From NCBI GenBank assembly GCA_008632985.1, contig QPGO01000037.1:310001-374000 (forward strand): a stretch of 64,000 nucleotides of DNA, in the 5' to 3' direction. Each line of letters starts with the position of its first letter. The first letter of the stretch is position 1. This document shows positions 13,131-24,757 of the stretch, piece after piece. The notes beneath the pieces are model-generated. The model had not been told where the DNA came from, made no database searches, and worked only from the letters and a program-made list of their open reading frames with translations. A program made the translations under genes and the position numbers. This DNA comes from Psammoneis japonica. Lineage: Eukaryota.

Positions 13131-16100
13131 TGCCAAGTGGCGCCAAGTAATAGTATAAAGTAGCGTTGTAAAGTTGTCTGTTGCTAATATTGTGAGAAGA
13201 AATGAAAGAGATTCGGCTACTCCGAAATCTCGTAGAATTAATACTAAGAAACCGCGTAGAAATATAAAGAAACAATCTTTCGAGAGGCATCGAGATGTAT
13301 CGAGAAAGGAGAAGAGGTTTCTAGAAAGTGTCATCGTTGACATCCTTTTGACACTTTTGACACCAGGCTGACACCCACGAATGAACACACGAATGAATAT
13401 AGATGACCGTGATACTCGGCACTCGCTTCCCCAATTGAGACGTTAGAAGACAGGGTGAAGACGGTGGATGTTGATACGTTCAGTGACGTGAGGCGAGCGC
13501 TGGATGGCAACGGTTCCATTGGCATGGACACGTACGATGCGGAAAGGACCATCTTTGGTGTTGAGTTTGCGTTGGATGTCTTTGGTCATGACGAAGACTT
13601 GATCGCCGATGTTGCAGTCGCAAGCAAGACGTTTTGCGTTTTCGCGGAGATTGTTGCGTAAGACATCGCGCTTGCGACGGGTGTTAATCATTTTCCAGTT
13701 CGCAAGATAAGCAGCAGAAATGACCATGTCTCGACCGAAGACAATTTGTCCGGGAGACAACACAAGGGCAGTGTGGCAGGTGCTGCGCAAGGCCCATGCA
13801 ACGGATTGCAAAATTCCATGAATTGTGTCTTCATCATGATCGCGAGAAGGGAGATCCATCGCACGGAGAGAATCGGCCATCACTTGATGAGTGTGTTCAA
13901 CGAACGCGTTGGCTTGAGGATTCTTGATTGTTGTGGGTTTCGGTTTAACACCACAACTGCAGAGGAGATCTGCAAACTCGGAAGTGAATTCGGAACCGTT
14001 GTCATAAATGACAATTTCTGGTCGCGGACAGCGACAAAACCACTCGCGATCGACGACAAGTGAAATGTCTTCGGACGTTTTGAACTTGCAGTTCGCGAGT
14101 TCGACCCAACGGGTTGCGACATCAATGGTTGAAACGGCTCTGATTTTGCGATCGACACCATTTTTGTCGGCACACGTCCAGGGACCAAAAAGATCGACTT
14201 GAGTTGCCTGCCAAGGTTTATAAGTAGCATCTGGAAGAGGCAATTCGCCACAGTTTGCCATGGCACGCTTGGATTTGGAACACGTGCGGCACTTGCGGAC
14301 AAAAGTGCGGACTTTCGTCTGCATGTCGCGAATGTAAAAATGTGAAGCCAAAGTTTGGCAGGTGCGATTAGCACCAGGGTGGCAGAGAGTTTCATGGCAC
14401 CACCGTAGAACTGCAGGAAAAAGCGTTGGAGGGAGGACAATCTTGTTCTTGTAAAGGACAATCTGTTTTCCGTTGAATGGTTCGGCTGAGCAGGATTCGG
14501 ACTTGTCGAGTCGTTGCTGAAGAGCAGAATCTTTTTTCTGATGGTCGGCGACAATGTCAAAAGTAACGGGGAATGTCGAAGGATCGATTTCCAACGAAGT
14601 CATTTCCTCGTAATCACTTTGATCGACTTGGACAACAGGACAGCGACTCAAAAAATCAGCCACGACATTCTCATGGCCTGGTGGGTGCTCGAAAGAGCAA
14701 TCGCACTCCTCGAGAAGCAAATGCCAGCGTTTGACGCGTTCTGACTTGAATTTGTCAAATGCAAGATTTTTGTGATCGGCAAACAGGTGGCATCGATGAC
14801 CAAAAAGGATGCTTTTGAAATTTTCGGTCGTTTCCACGAGCGACAGCAGCTCTTTTTCCATTGTCGTGTAGTTTCGTTGCGCTTGAGATAATTTTCGGCT
14901 GTAGAATGCAATTGGCCATTCGCCATCGTCAAAATCTTGAGCAATCACTGCACCAAGTTGACAATCACTCGCATCCGGATAGATCTTGAAAGGTTGAGAG
15001 AAGTCGGGGAATCGGAGGAGGATTTCGCGCGCCATGATTTTTTTCATCTGATTGAAAGCTTCCGTGTGGACGTCAGTCCACTTGAATTTGACTTTGTCTG
15101 ATGACAGCGCAGTTAAGGGCGCAAGAGTGTGGCTGCGTCGGCACCACAATTTCTTGTAACAATTCACGAACCCGATGAAACCACGTAATTGTCGACGGTT
15201 TTGAGGGCGAGCGAAGCGAAGCAAGGGTAGGATTTTCTTTTTCTGAGGCTGAGTGCCTTTTGCAGTCATGGCATGGCCTGAGTGGTCGACGGTCTTGGCG
15301 GCGAAGTAGGATTCTTCGACATGTGCATGAAGATTGTTCGCGAGGAGCCGTTGCAAGACGAGTTCGAGTCGTTGACAGTGATGGTTGAAGTTGTTCTTGG
15401 TAAAGAGGATGATGTTGTCGATGTAGACTATGACATCTTCCATGTCATGAAAAACATCTGTCATGCAAGCTTGAAAAATGTCGCTTGCCGGTTTGATTCC
15501 TTGCGGCAGGCAGTTGCAGCAATGCTTGCCCCACGGCAGGATGATGCCGCAGAGTTTTTTTGACTCGTCGTCAAGCACGAAGTGACAGTAGCCTCGGTTG
15601 AGGTCCAAACATGTCGCATGGGTAAAGCCGTTCATTTTCCATGCGACGTCGTCGATGACAGGCAGTGGATGTGGATGCCGTTCGAGACACTCGTTGAGTT
15701 TCCGTAAATCGGATAAGAAACGGATGCCACCGCTTTTCTTCGATCGGAAAAGACAGGATGCGCCCCAAGGAGAGTGAAGTTTGCGCGTGACAACATCGAT
15801 TTTTTCCAATTCATCCACTTCTTTGCGAGCCATGGGATGTGACGCTTGCGGAATGGTGCAAGCTTTCGCACAGCATGGACGCGATCCTGGTTTCAGGGTC
15901 AAATGGACGGGTTTACCGGGTGCAGCTCCAAGTGCACCATCGAACAATTGCGGGCATCATCCGAAGAGTTCGATGAGTTGGTGCTGTTGATCGTTGTCAA
16001 GGTGTTTGCAGCGTAGAACCATGTCGCGATAATTGTGCTTGTCGCACGCATTGCTCGTCATACCTCGAACCTGACGGTTGACGGCATTCTGGAAGAACTT

Positions 16101-18030
16101 GGGTAATTCAGCATCGCCGGGATGAATTGCATTAACTTCGACTTGGTCGAAAGAGCCCTTGGATTGCATGGACAGGGTGACATCGTCCCACGTGATTGTT
16201 TGATGTCGAAAATCAAAAACGATTCCCATTTCTGTGGCGGTTTTTCTTCCGATGATAATGTCGTGTTTTCCTGCGGCTTTGTCTTCCATGTGAGCATCGA
16301 CGGAAACCTTCTTGGACGATGCGAAGTCTGGGAACTTCAATGTCAGCGTCGCAATCTCGTGTAGATTAACGGCACTGTAACGGCCTTTAACGGGAACGTT
16401 GCATTTACGGATTTTGTGAGGAATCCCGCGAAGGGCTGAGCGCTTCACAAAATTGCGATTTGCGCCGGCATCGAGTAAAGCAACACGGAACTTGTGCATT
16501 CCAGAATGAGCATCAATCATCTGGACACGCGCTTCCGTGGTAAGATTGTCTTCTATTTCGGATTCGATGGAATCGTCTAGAAGAGACGTGACGTCTTCAA
16601 AAATGTCGTTGATGTCATCTGACGCGACGCTGTCGACATCGTTAGAAGCGGAGCGACTAGCTTTGGAGTCCACATTGTTGTTTTCGACGTTCCGTGTGCG
16701 GCTCCGTGTGGGATGGCGGTGTGTCGGCTCGTTTCGAGAGTTATTTTGTTGATTCGGCGCGTTCCGATTTGTGCGGTTCCGCTCATAATTTTCACGTTCA
16801 CGACGGATGACATTGCACTCTTGACCGTTCGGATGTACAACGCCATGGATTGGACATGTTTGTTCACGATTGTTTTGGTTCCTGTTCCTGGTGTCGCGAT
16901 TTTGGTCGTCATTCTGGCCGCGACGCGCATTTCGACCGTTGTTGCATCGATTCCGATTGTCATTGCATCTGTTGTTGTCGGTAGACCCTTTGTCACCACG
17001 TTGTTCCATGCGTCGGAGAGTCTCGTAGCATTGAGCTTGGTCGTTCAAGTTTAAGTTGCGAAGACGGGCTTTAGTCTGAGTTTCGGCCCATGATCTTGGT
17101 CCACATTTTCGAAGGATTACGGACAATTCCGCTTCCGTGAATGACGGAACTCTTTCGGCGTCATCTTCGGTTGGCGCAGGCATGATGTCAATCAACTTAT
17201 TAAAGCGACGTACATCATTAACAAATGACTTGACAGTTTGGTTCCTGGGTTTCTTAAGGCTTTGAAGCCATTCCTCAGTGTCAAGGGCAATTTCTCCATC
17301 CATGCATTGGAGTAGAAATTCTTCACGACAAGTGTCGAATGTAACTTGGTCGTGGTTTTCGTATTCGTTTACGACGATTTCCCAGTCGTCTTTTGGTGTT
17401 CCGGTCATAAGTCTGGTCACGAGCCGGAAACGTGGCTGTCCTTCAGCCGCACCGAGATCGTTGATAAGTTCATCGAAGTTTGACCAGAAGGTAAGAACAT
17501 CTTCCGGTTCAGTTGAAGCTAACTTACGTACCTTGATCGTAGTTTTAAGCCCATCTAGATCGTCAGGATCAATGGGGCTTTCAAAAGACACGAATTGGTC
17601 TTTGCGTCGCTCTTCCTCAGAGCGGTCAGGACGCTTAAGTTCGAATGGGCAGTTTTCTGCTGACATGTCTGGTCAGGACAATATGATCGGTAGATATATC
17701 TCAAGAGAGATGAATAAGTGTTTGGGAGTAAATTTACTATGCCAAGTGGCGCCAAGTAATAGCATAAAGTAGCGTTGTAAAGTTGTCTGTTGCTAACATT
17801 GTGAGAAGAAATGAAAGAGATTCGGCTACTCCGAAATCTCGTAGAATTAATACTAAGAAACCGCGTAGAAATATAAAGAAACAATCTTTCGAGAGGCATC
17901 GAGATGTATCGAGAAAGGAGAAGAGGTTTCTAGAAAGTGTCATCGTTGACATCCTTTTGACACTTTTGACACCAGGCTGACACCCACGAATGAATATACG
18001 AATGAATATAGATGACCGTGATACTCGGCA
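13131..18030 (-). mobile_element. Full-length Ty3/Gypsy LTR retrotransposon (element A)
   Basis: 291-bp LTRs at 13131-13421 and 17740-18030 (TG...CA), 5-bp TSD CTGAT, PPT next to 13421, gag-PR-RT-RH-IN order. Confidence 0.97.
13443..17666 (-). pseudogene. Element A single-frame gag-pol with one in-frame TGA at 15957-15959 and many Tyr->Cys/His changes
   Basis: LLDAGA protease, YIDN (YIDD), DAS RNase H, H..LCH..C..C and D,D,E integrase, GPF motif. ORFs 15957-17666 and 13443-15947 are in the same frame. Confidence 0.9.
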
Positions 18031-19641
18031 CTGATATCAGCGGCTACCTTCCAAACGCTGATTCCGCAAATAGCGACTTCGTCTAAATCAATCCTGTACG
18101 TGAGATTGACGACAAAAGGAAATACGAGTATCTCTGGAAAAGAGGAAAAGCACTTGTGTACTCGAGACGAGATTAGAGATGGTGCATGGAAAAAGGTTGT
18201 GCGGAATGCGCCGCCGTATGTCCCGACGGACAAGCGAAGCATTTGCTATGGTGACGACGTTTTTGAGCAACCGACATGGACTACGTGGGATTGGTCGCCA
18301 TTCAACGTTTCACAAAGTGAACAAGGCTCATCTGAAAGTGGCTGCCTATTCAACGCATGGGACAATGATACGTTCTGTAAGGTCGCAAGTGGCATCCAAA
18401 CGAGCAGTAGGCCGACATTGGCCATTGTTGGGGACTCGCTCTCATTTGAACAATACAGCTCGTTATCACTGCTGTTAGGATTGCCTTCAAAAGAGGACGA
18501 TCATCACGCAGCAAGAAGAGCGAATCGGAATATTGTTAAAACGGCATGTAATTGGACAATATTGTACAGACGGAGTGACAGGCTTGAGTTGTTGCCTTCG
18601 GTTGTGGAAGCAAACGATCCAAATGTGATTGTCATTAACCGTGGTGCTCATTATGTCAACGACGGACGACTAGAGTCTGAGCTTAAGCGATCAATTCAAT
18701 TTCTGCAAAGCTGGCAGAAGGACTGCACTGCTCAATGCAAAACATGTTGGCTCTTTGTGCGAACTACGGTTCCGGGGCATCCGAACTGTGGTGGTTACAC
18801 CGAACCGAGCAATAGTATAGAAGCGATGGAAGCCTTGGTTGGAAACCTGAGTAACTATGCGGGAAGCGAGAAAACCTATCATTGGTGGGACATGAAGCAT
18901 CAGAATGAGCTGGTACTCGATCTCTTTTCAAAGTCGGGGCTACAATACCAGGTCATTGACGCGTACGAACTCAATATCTTGAGGCCAGATCACCATCGGC
19001 CCCCGGATTGTCTACATAGTTGTTATCCTGGAAAGATGGATGTATACAATCAATTGCTACTCCACTTTTTGCGACAGAATTTGATTGAGACAAGATCACC
19101 CTCAACCTGCTTTCGACAAGAGCAAGCGCTCACAGGCAACTCAAGCCTTAAACTGTGAATACGCATGTGGTTCCGAATGTGATCCCCAAACTTTGCGGAA
19201 TGACCCCACTTTCATAGTTATTTGGAGTAATTACTATCAATATCGTCTTTGACTAGAATGGCACGCATATTCAACGAGCATATCTATAGAGAGTGTTCCG
19301 CTCATGACGAAGAAAGAATATTCGTAGCTGTCCAAAACAAAACTGTTGTCGATGTTTCCTTGTGCGTTCTAGTGCGGAGAGTTCGCTAAACGATCTTCAT
19401 GAAAGTTGATTTAATACTCCATCGTCCTATAGTTCGAATACTTCATACATCATCAAGGAAGCCATCTTTTGCCGCCTACATTGCCCGTCAACGGGGTGTC
19501 CCTGGCTTGCACGACGAATATCATGAGCATTGATGGCTACTAAAGCTTTCAAGGAGTCTCAGAATATGCAAAGAATGTTGATTCATATTCCTTAGATTAT
19601 TCAGCTGCTATTCCATTCCCGCTCTATTTTGCCTTCTTCGA

Positions 19642-19947
19642 TCACTTGGTCTTGTTGAAGAAGTTTGTCATTATGGATCGAGACGCGGGAGCGGGAGCCG
19701 CCCATGGGTTCAGAATGCGCATGGAGTTCACCACTTCATTTCTTCTTCTTGACTTGTCCCTTGCGCAAAACGAAGACGACATCTGCGTATCTTGTGAGCG
19801 ACCAAGCTTGCCATGGCGTCCAAACTCGTCATTCTCCTTGTTCTCGGTTGTGCGTGGACTGCTCGAGCTCTTTTTGTGATGCACCATTTCCCCGTAGACA
19901 GTGGCTGCATGATTGGCGTTATTCGAGTTGTGGATGGAGGACACCAT
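19642..19947 (-). CDS. Small hypothetical protein, paralog of 8359-8697
   Basis: Conserved blocks shared with the 8359 ORF. Likely start MVSS at 19947. Confidence 0.65.
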   Translation of the reverse strand: MVSSIHNSNNANHAATVYGEMVHHKKSSSSPRTTENKENDEFGRHGKLGRSQDTQMSSSFCARDKSRRRNEVVNSMRILNPWAAPAPASRSIMTNFFNKTK

Positions 19948-20372
19948 GTTTACTTTATTTCCTCTTTTGTCTCCCTGGAGTTTCAAGAAATTTAAATTGT
20001 GATAAGATATGATCGATGTGAGGCAAAAGAAGTGAGGCGCTGTGCAATGTTTGCACTTCCTGCACGACGCGTAGAAATGTACGACAGTTTAGTACCGGAA
20101 AAGCGCGCGAACCGACTCCATGACTGAAACAAATGTCGCGCGTGACGTGGCACTTCAATCGGCGTCTGATTTCGTCCGTGTACTACAGTAACTGACGGTT
20201 TATCGTCTGTCTTCGTCCGAACGCCACGATTTCTGCGGGGAACGCGGAATGCAATTTTCGACACAATGATGCCGAAGTGAGTTGGCGATTTGCGTCGGTT
20301 GACGACTCGAGAGTAGCATTATTGATTGTAATTCATGGCTCTTAGTTTGTAACAAGTGCAAAAAAGAAAAAA

Positions 20373-21879
20373 ATGGGCTCTAGTTACTCCCCGATAGAAT
20401 CATCCACCAGCGAGAACAAGAATTGGTTTCAAGAGAACAAAATACACATTTTCTTTTGGTTTTTAGGTCTTTTGAACAATGCCCCTTTTGTCATCATGTT
20501 GGCTGCTGCCAAGACAATATCCGAGGGCGGTACGGCGCTTGTCTTTCTTGCCAATGTCTTACCTTCCATGGCGGTAAAGCTTAGCGCACCCTATTGGTTT
20601 GACCGAGTATCATATCGGACACGCTTACTGCTGGCTTCGGCATTTATGTTTTGTAGCTTTGCTGTCGTGGCGATATTCAGTACGTCCGAGGAAGAATCGA
20701 AGAGTAACGAAACGGTTGGTTTTGAACTAATTGGAGTAGCATTTTCAAGCGCTGAAGGAGGACTCGGAGAAGCATCCTTGTTGGCATTGGCTGGCAAGTG
20801 TGATGCATCGGAAGCAAATAGTAAGAAGCAATGTATCACTTGTTTCTCATCCGGAACAGGTGTTGCGGGTGTCTTTGGCTTTTTCTGGAAGTTTATATGG
20901 AACGATTGGCTCGGCTTCTCATGAAACAAACCCTCTGGATGGCAACTGTGTTGGCTTTTTGCTACGGCTCGGCCTGCGTACAGTGCTTGACACATGCAGA
21001 AGAGGACCATGGCCTTGAAGAACGGAGAACCAACTCCGACGATGCAGCTATAGAAAACGGACAAGAGGAGAACGATGACACTAACAGAGCGGTGCTTATC
21101 AAGAAGCATCTCAACAAGAAAACGAGGAACAAGACACTGACGCGCTGGTCATTAGTCCTGTGGAGATTGCAGAGTGTGATGAGGAATGGGAGGATGAAGT
21201 CGAAGTGCAGGAAGAATCGATCAAGCATGTACATGACATGTCGCAAGCGGAGAGGTTTCGACTTGTGCTAGTCTTTACCCGTATATGATACCGCTCTTTC
21301 TCGTTTACACAGCCGAGTATGCATTGCAAGCTGGAACGTGGACAGCTATTGGCTTTCCCGTGACCAGTGTTGAAGCACGAGATCGCTTTTATGAATACAG
21401 CAACTGGATGGTCAGTGAGAATATGCGGATTTCAATCAAATTGACTGTACGTCTTCTTTTCTCAATCGATTCTTGTTATGCTTCTTCACCTCTGCAGTAT
21501 CAAGTGGGTGTGTTTTTGTCGCGCTCCTCCGGAACAATATACACGGCACCCATGTCGATTTTATGGCTCATGCCAATGTTGCAAATCGTCAATGTTGTTT
21601 TCTTCAGTTTGGTTGCCGTGCATCACTTTTTTTACAGCTATTGGCTCCTGATACCATGCTTTTACGTCGGATTGCTCGGCGGTGGGTTACATCAACGGCT
21701 ACACGCGAATCTGCGCTGATTTGCCTCTGGAGCATCGCGAATTTGCCCTGAGTAGCACGAGCGTGGCAGAGAGCTTTGGCATTGTCATGGCGGATGTGCT
21801 GGGCCTCTTCATCCAGAGTTGCATTTATCAAGCAAACAATTTGGACGGAGCGGTCGTGGGTTGCCCTGTGTCTAGCTAA
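20373..21879 (+). CDS. CLN3: Battenin/CLN3 (BTN1) family membrane protein, intron 21411-21497, several apparent frameshifts
   Basis: FWFLGLLNN, LANVLP, GGLGEASLL, FSSGTG, PLFLVY.AEY, YQVGVFLSRSS, GLLGG and REFAL motifs, plus a GT...CAG intron. Confidence 0.85.
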
Positions 21880-23179
21880 TGCAAGGTGTAGACTACTGGC
21901 TTGAGTTTTCGAGGCATGATCCTTGGACTTATTTTGTCATCTGGTAAAGGAACAACACGATATTCTGGCAGAATATGCCATCGTGCTTTGTGAAGAAAGC
22001 CAGATATGCATCTCTTCCTGGCGGTATGAATCGGCAATATGTTTGGATCGAGACGTTTCGATCATCATCTGAAATGACTGCACGTGGCACAGGTTTGGTT
22101 GACTCGGAATGGACCATACCTGTAGGTCGTGTAGAGGTTCAAGGGAGCAAGAAGGAGTACACTCCATACTCCCACGGGCACTTATGTACTTCGAATCTTG
22201 TCGAAATATTGTTCTCTTCAACATCGAACAATCCGCACCGCGGGACCGACGGCCGACTCGACAATTTTTTTGTATCTATCTCGACACAATCTGACGGTAT
22301 GCACATTAGCTGTGCAAAGAAGACTTCATTTATGAGTTTAAGGACGCAGCCTTTGCCGGATTGTGCTGCGCTAGGTTTGCACGCACTTGTCTCATTGGAA
22401 GCCATCGGTTGACCAGGTGAGGCGTTGCGCCACCCCTGGCAGCCACCGCTGCGATGATCTTCTCGAGTCGGCAGCAGATCCGAAAGTTATCATCGGGTGA
22501 GCCCGTGCTAGTGTGAGTGGCATCACCGTAGCAAAACTGAAACATCTAGCACCGATTTTTGTTCTCGCAAGAAGCCTCATTTGCTGTCGCCTCCCTTCCC
22601 CCCCCCTGCTGTGGATACGTAAAAAATGTTGGCGCCGTTTCGTAAGCCAATTATGTCGCCCTATTCAACATGTTCTAGCCGTTGCAATCACCATGGGTCT
22701 CCAAGCTGTCCTAGAGATGGAACACAGTCCTGCAGTCATTTTTTCTTATCTCTCTGCATCATCCAATGGCGAACTCTTGTGCCTTGATTCTCCTTCGGCT
22801 GTTGGGGCCGCCATCCTGGTTGGCGCTCGCCGTTTGTTTCTTGTTGTAAGAAAAAAGGCCAGGATCAAGGAAGGTTGTGTGAGTTACGACTACATCCTTC
22901 CAAGAAAACGTCCTTCCAAGAAATTCAGTTGAATTCATGTTTTCGACATTGTTGTGTGTTCAATCTATGATGTGATTGTCGCGTTTTAAGGAAGGAGACA
23001 GGGGTGTTGTTGTTCAACAACCTTCACTAAATGTTGTTCATGGTCAGAGTTGGGGGTCACAGAGCCACTCAAATCGGGGGCACACTACAAGTGATCATTG
23101 TCAGAGTGAATCCGGTTTCTTCACAGCTCAACAAAGCTGTTCTTTTTGCCGTTCTATGATGTGTCCATGAACGCGTTGG

Positions 23180-24757
23180 GGAGACGACTCCTCTCCATAA
23201 TGCCAAAATGAAGCAGTTCCTAGTCATGGCCAGAGAGAAGCTTTAGCTCTACAGCAGCAGAGAGGGGCCAAAGGCTAAAGCTGTACATTGTTTGTTGGTT
23301 GCCATGCCACACCACAGGGAAACTACCTCTCTGCTGTAATTTCTGCTTGGTGCTCATGTGGTGTGCCTCCGCATCAGGGTTGAGAGTGGGGGCAGGCAAG
23401 CCAGGAGGAGCGGGAAGTGGAGGAGAAAGTTTCGGGATGGTGGTGTCAATTGCAAGGTGTCAATGTCCCATTGGGGAAGCAGCAGAGGCAGCTGGGTTGA
23501 GCTGGACAATGAGGTCAGTGGGGCACTTGAGGGGTGAGTGAGGTGCAAGGTTTGTGGGTTCATGATGGACTGCGGAGGAGTCGGCACAGATGCCAGAGAG
23601 AGAGAGGAGCAACAAGTTTTTGGAATGTGGTGAAGAGGCCATCACGTGTGGCATTGGACAGAGCAGCTTTGTGTCTGAGAGGCTGGCAGCAGAAAGCATG
23701 ATCTCTGCAGGGGTTGGCAGCACCATTGCAAGAAGGGCAGGAGACAGAGTCAGGGTGATCAGCCAAGATGGGGAAATGCAGCTTGCATTGCAACACAAGG
23801 TGGAATTGATCAGGGGACAGCAGGCATTGGTTGGGGGCATGGAGCGAGCAAGGGAGTGAAAAGGGAGGCTTGCAAGTGCGGAGAGAAGGGAGGGGAGATG
23901 TGTGCAGGGCCTTGCTGTTGGAGCATTTGCAACTGGCATTGAAAGTGGGCATGGCACAGATCATGAGAGAGGTTGCAGGTGGGTTGTGGGTTTTGACAAG
24001 GGCAGTGATGGAGGGTGGAGCAGGGTCGAGCGTTGGGGTGGTGGCAGTGCCACAGTGTTTGAGAAAGACTTGACAGAGGCACAGGAGCCAATGGGAAGTG
24101 GCCCATGTGCAGAGTGAGCAGGCACAGAAGGGAGGCAGTTTGGGGAGTTGTCCTTGCCAGCAGCAGGTCCGTGCATGGTGCATGGCATGCCCCAGACCGG
24201 GAGCGGTGGGCAAGTTCGCAGATGAGGAAGGGTGTGATGGAGGTGGAGGTGGAGATGGAGTGGCAGCCCAAGCTGCTGGTGTGGATGTGGGGAGATGAGC
24301 AAGGAGCATTGCATGGGTTGGCAAGGGCTGTGATTGTGCCATGAGATGCTGCAAGAAGGCATCAGTGCAGCAGCGGCATTGGACATTTTCTTGTTGGAAA
24401 GGCCAAGCCCAGGAAGCAAGGCGGGGTGGGCCAGTGGGTTGTCTGGGTGCGTGGAAGAAGTTGAAGCACACTTCTGAGACCAGGAGGTGCAGGAGTGAGG
24501 AGGTGGCACAGGCATGGCATGGGGAGCTTTTGGTTTGGGTGTCTCAGAGGCAGGAGGAGAGCATGTCGAGGTTGGTGCGGAGCGCAGGTGCTTTTTGGTC
24601 GAGGCAGGCTCGGGGGCAAAGTCAGGGCTGCCGATGCACTGGCCAAGGAAGCGGAGGTTTGTGGCAATTTCAGGGTGGAGAGTGGGGTCGTTGGCAGGGT
24701 TGAGGAAGGGATTGCTTTGGAGGAGAGCGGCGCAGAGGCGTGGGCACTCGCTGGGGG
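23180..24757 (-). mobile_element. 3' relic of a CRE-like (restriction-like endonuclease) non-LTR retrotransposon
   Basis: C..C....NPCRDHAFCC......SNATRD followed by EPTNLAP..PLKCPTD (RPAD-like). TA/CG depleted and interrupted by element B. Confidence 0.6.

Larger units (their letters stand above)
13060..19158 (+). pseudogene. TBL/PC-esterase copy 2, split by a Gypsy insertion in codon 24 (13060-13130 + 18036-19158)
   Basis: Removing the element and one TSD gives continuous MSCCNF...RIFLILISAATFQ...IVGDSL...DCLHSCYPG. Confidence 0.85.

Noticed and set aside
20373..21879. CLN3, 4802-5571 and DUF1415 genes as true pseudogenes or programmed frameshifts
   Set aside because: Isolated frameshifts in otherwise well-conserved genes are more simply explained by assembly indel errors. 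Read-level checking is needed.
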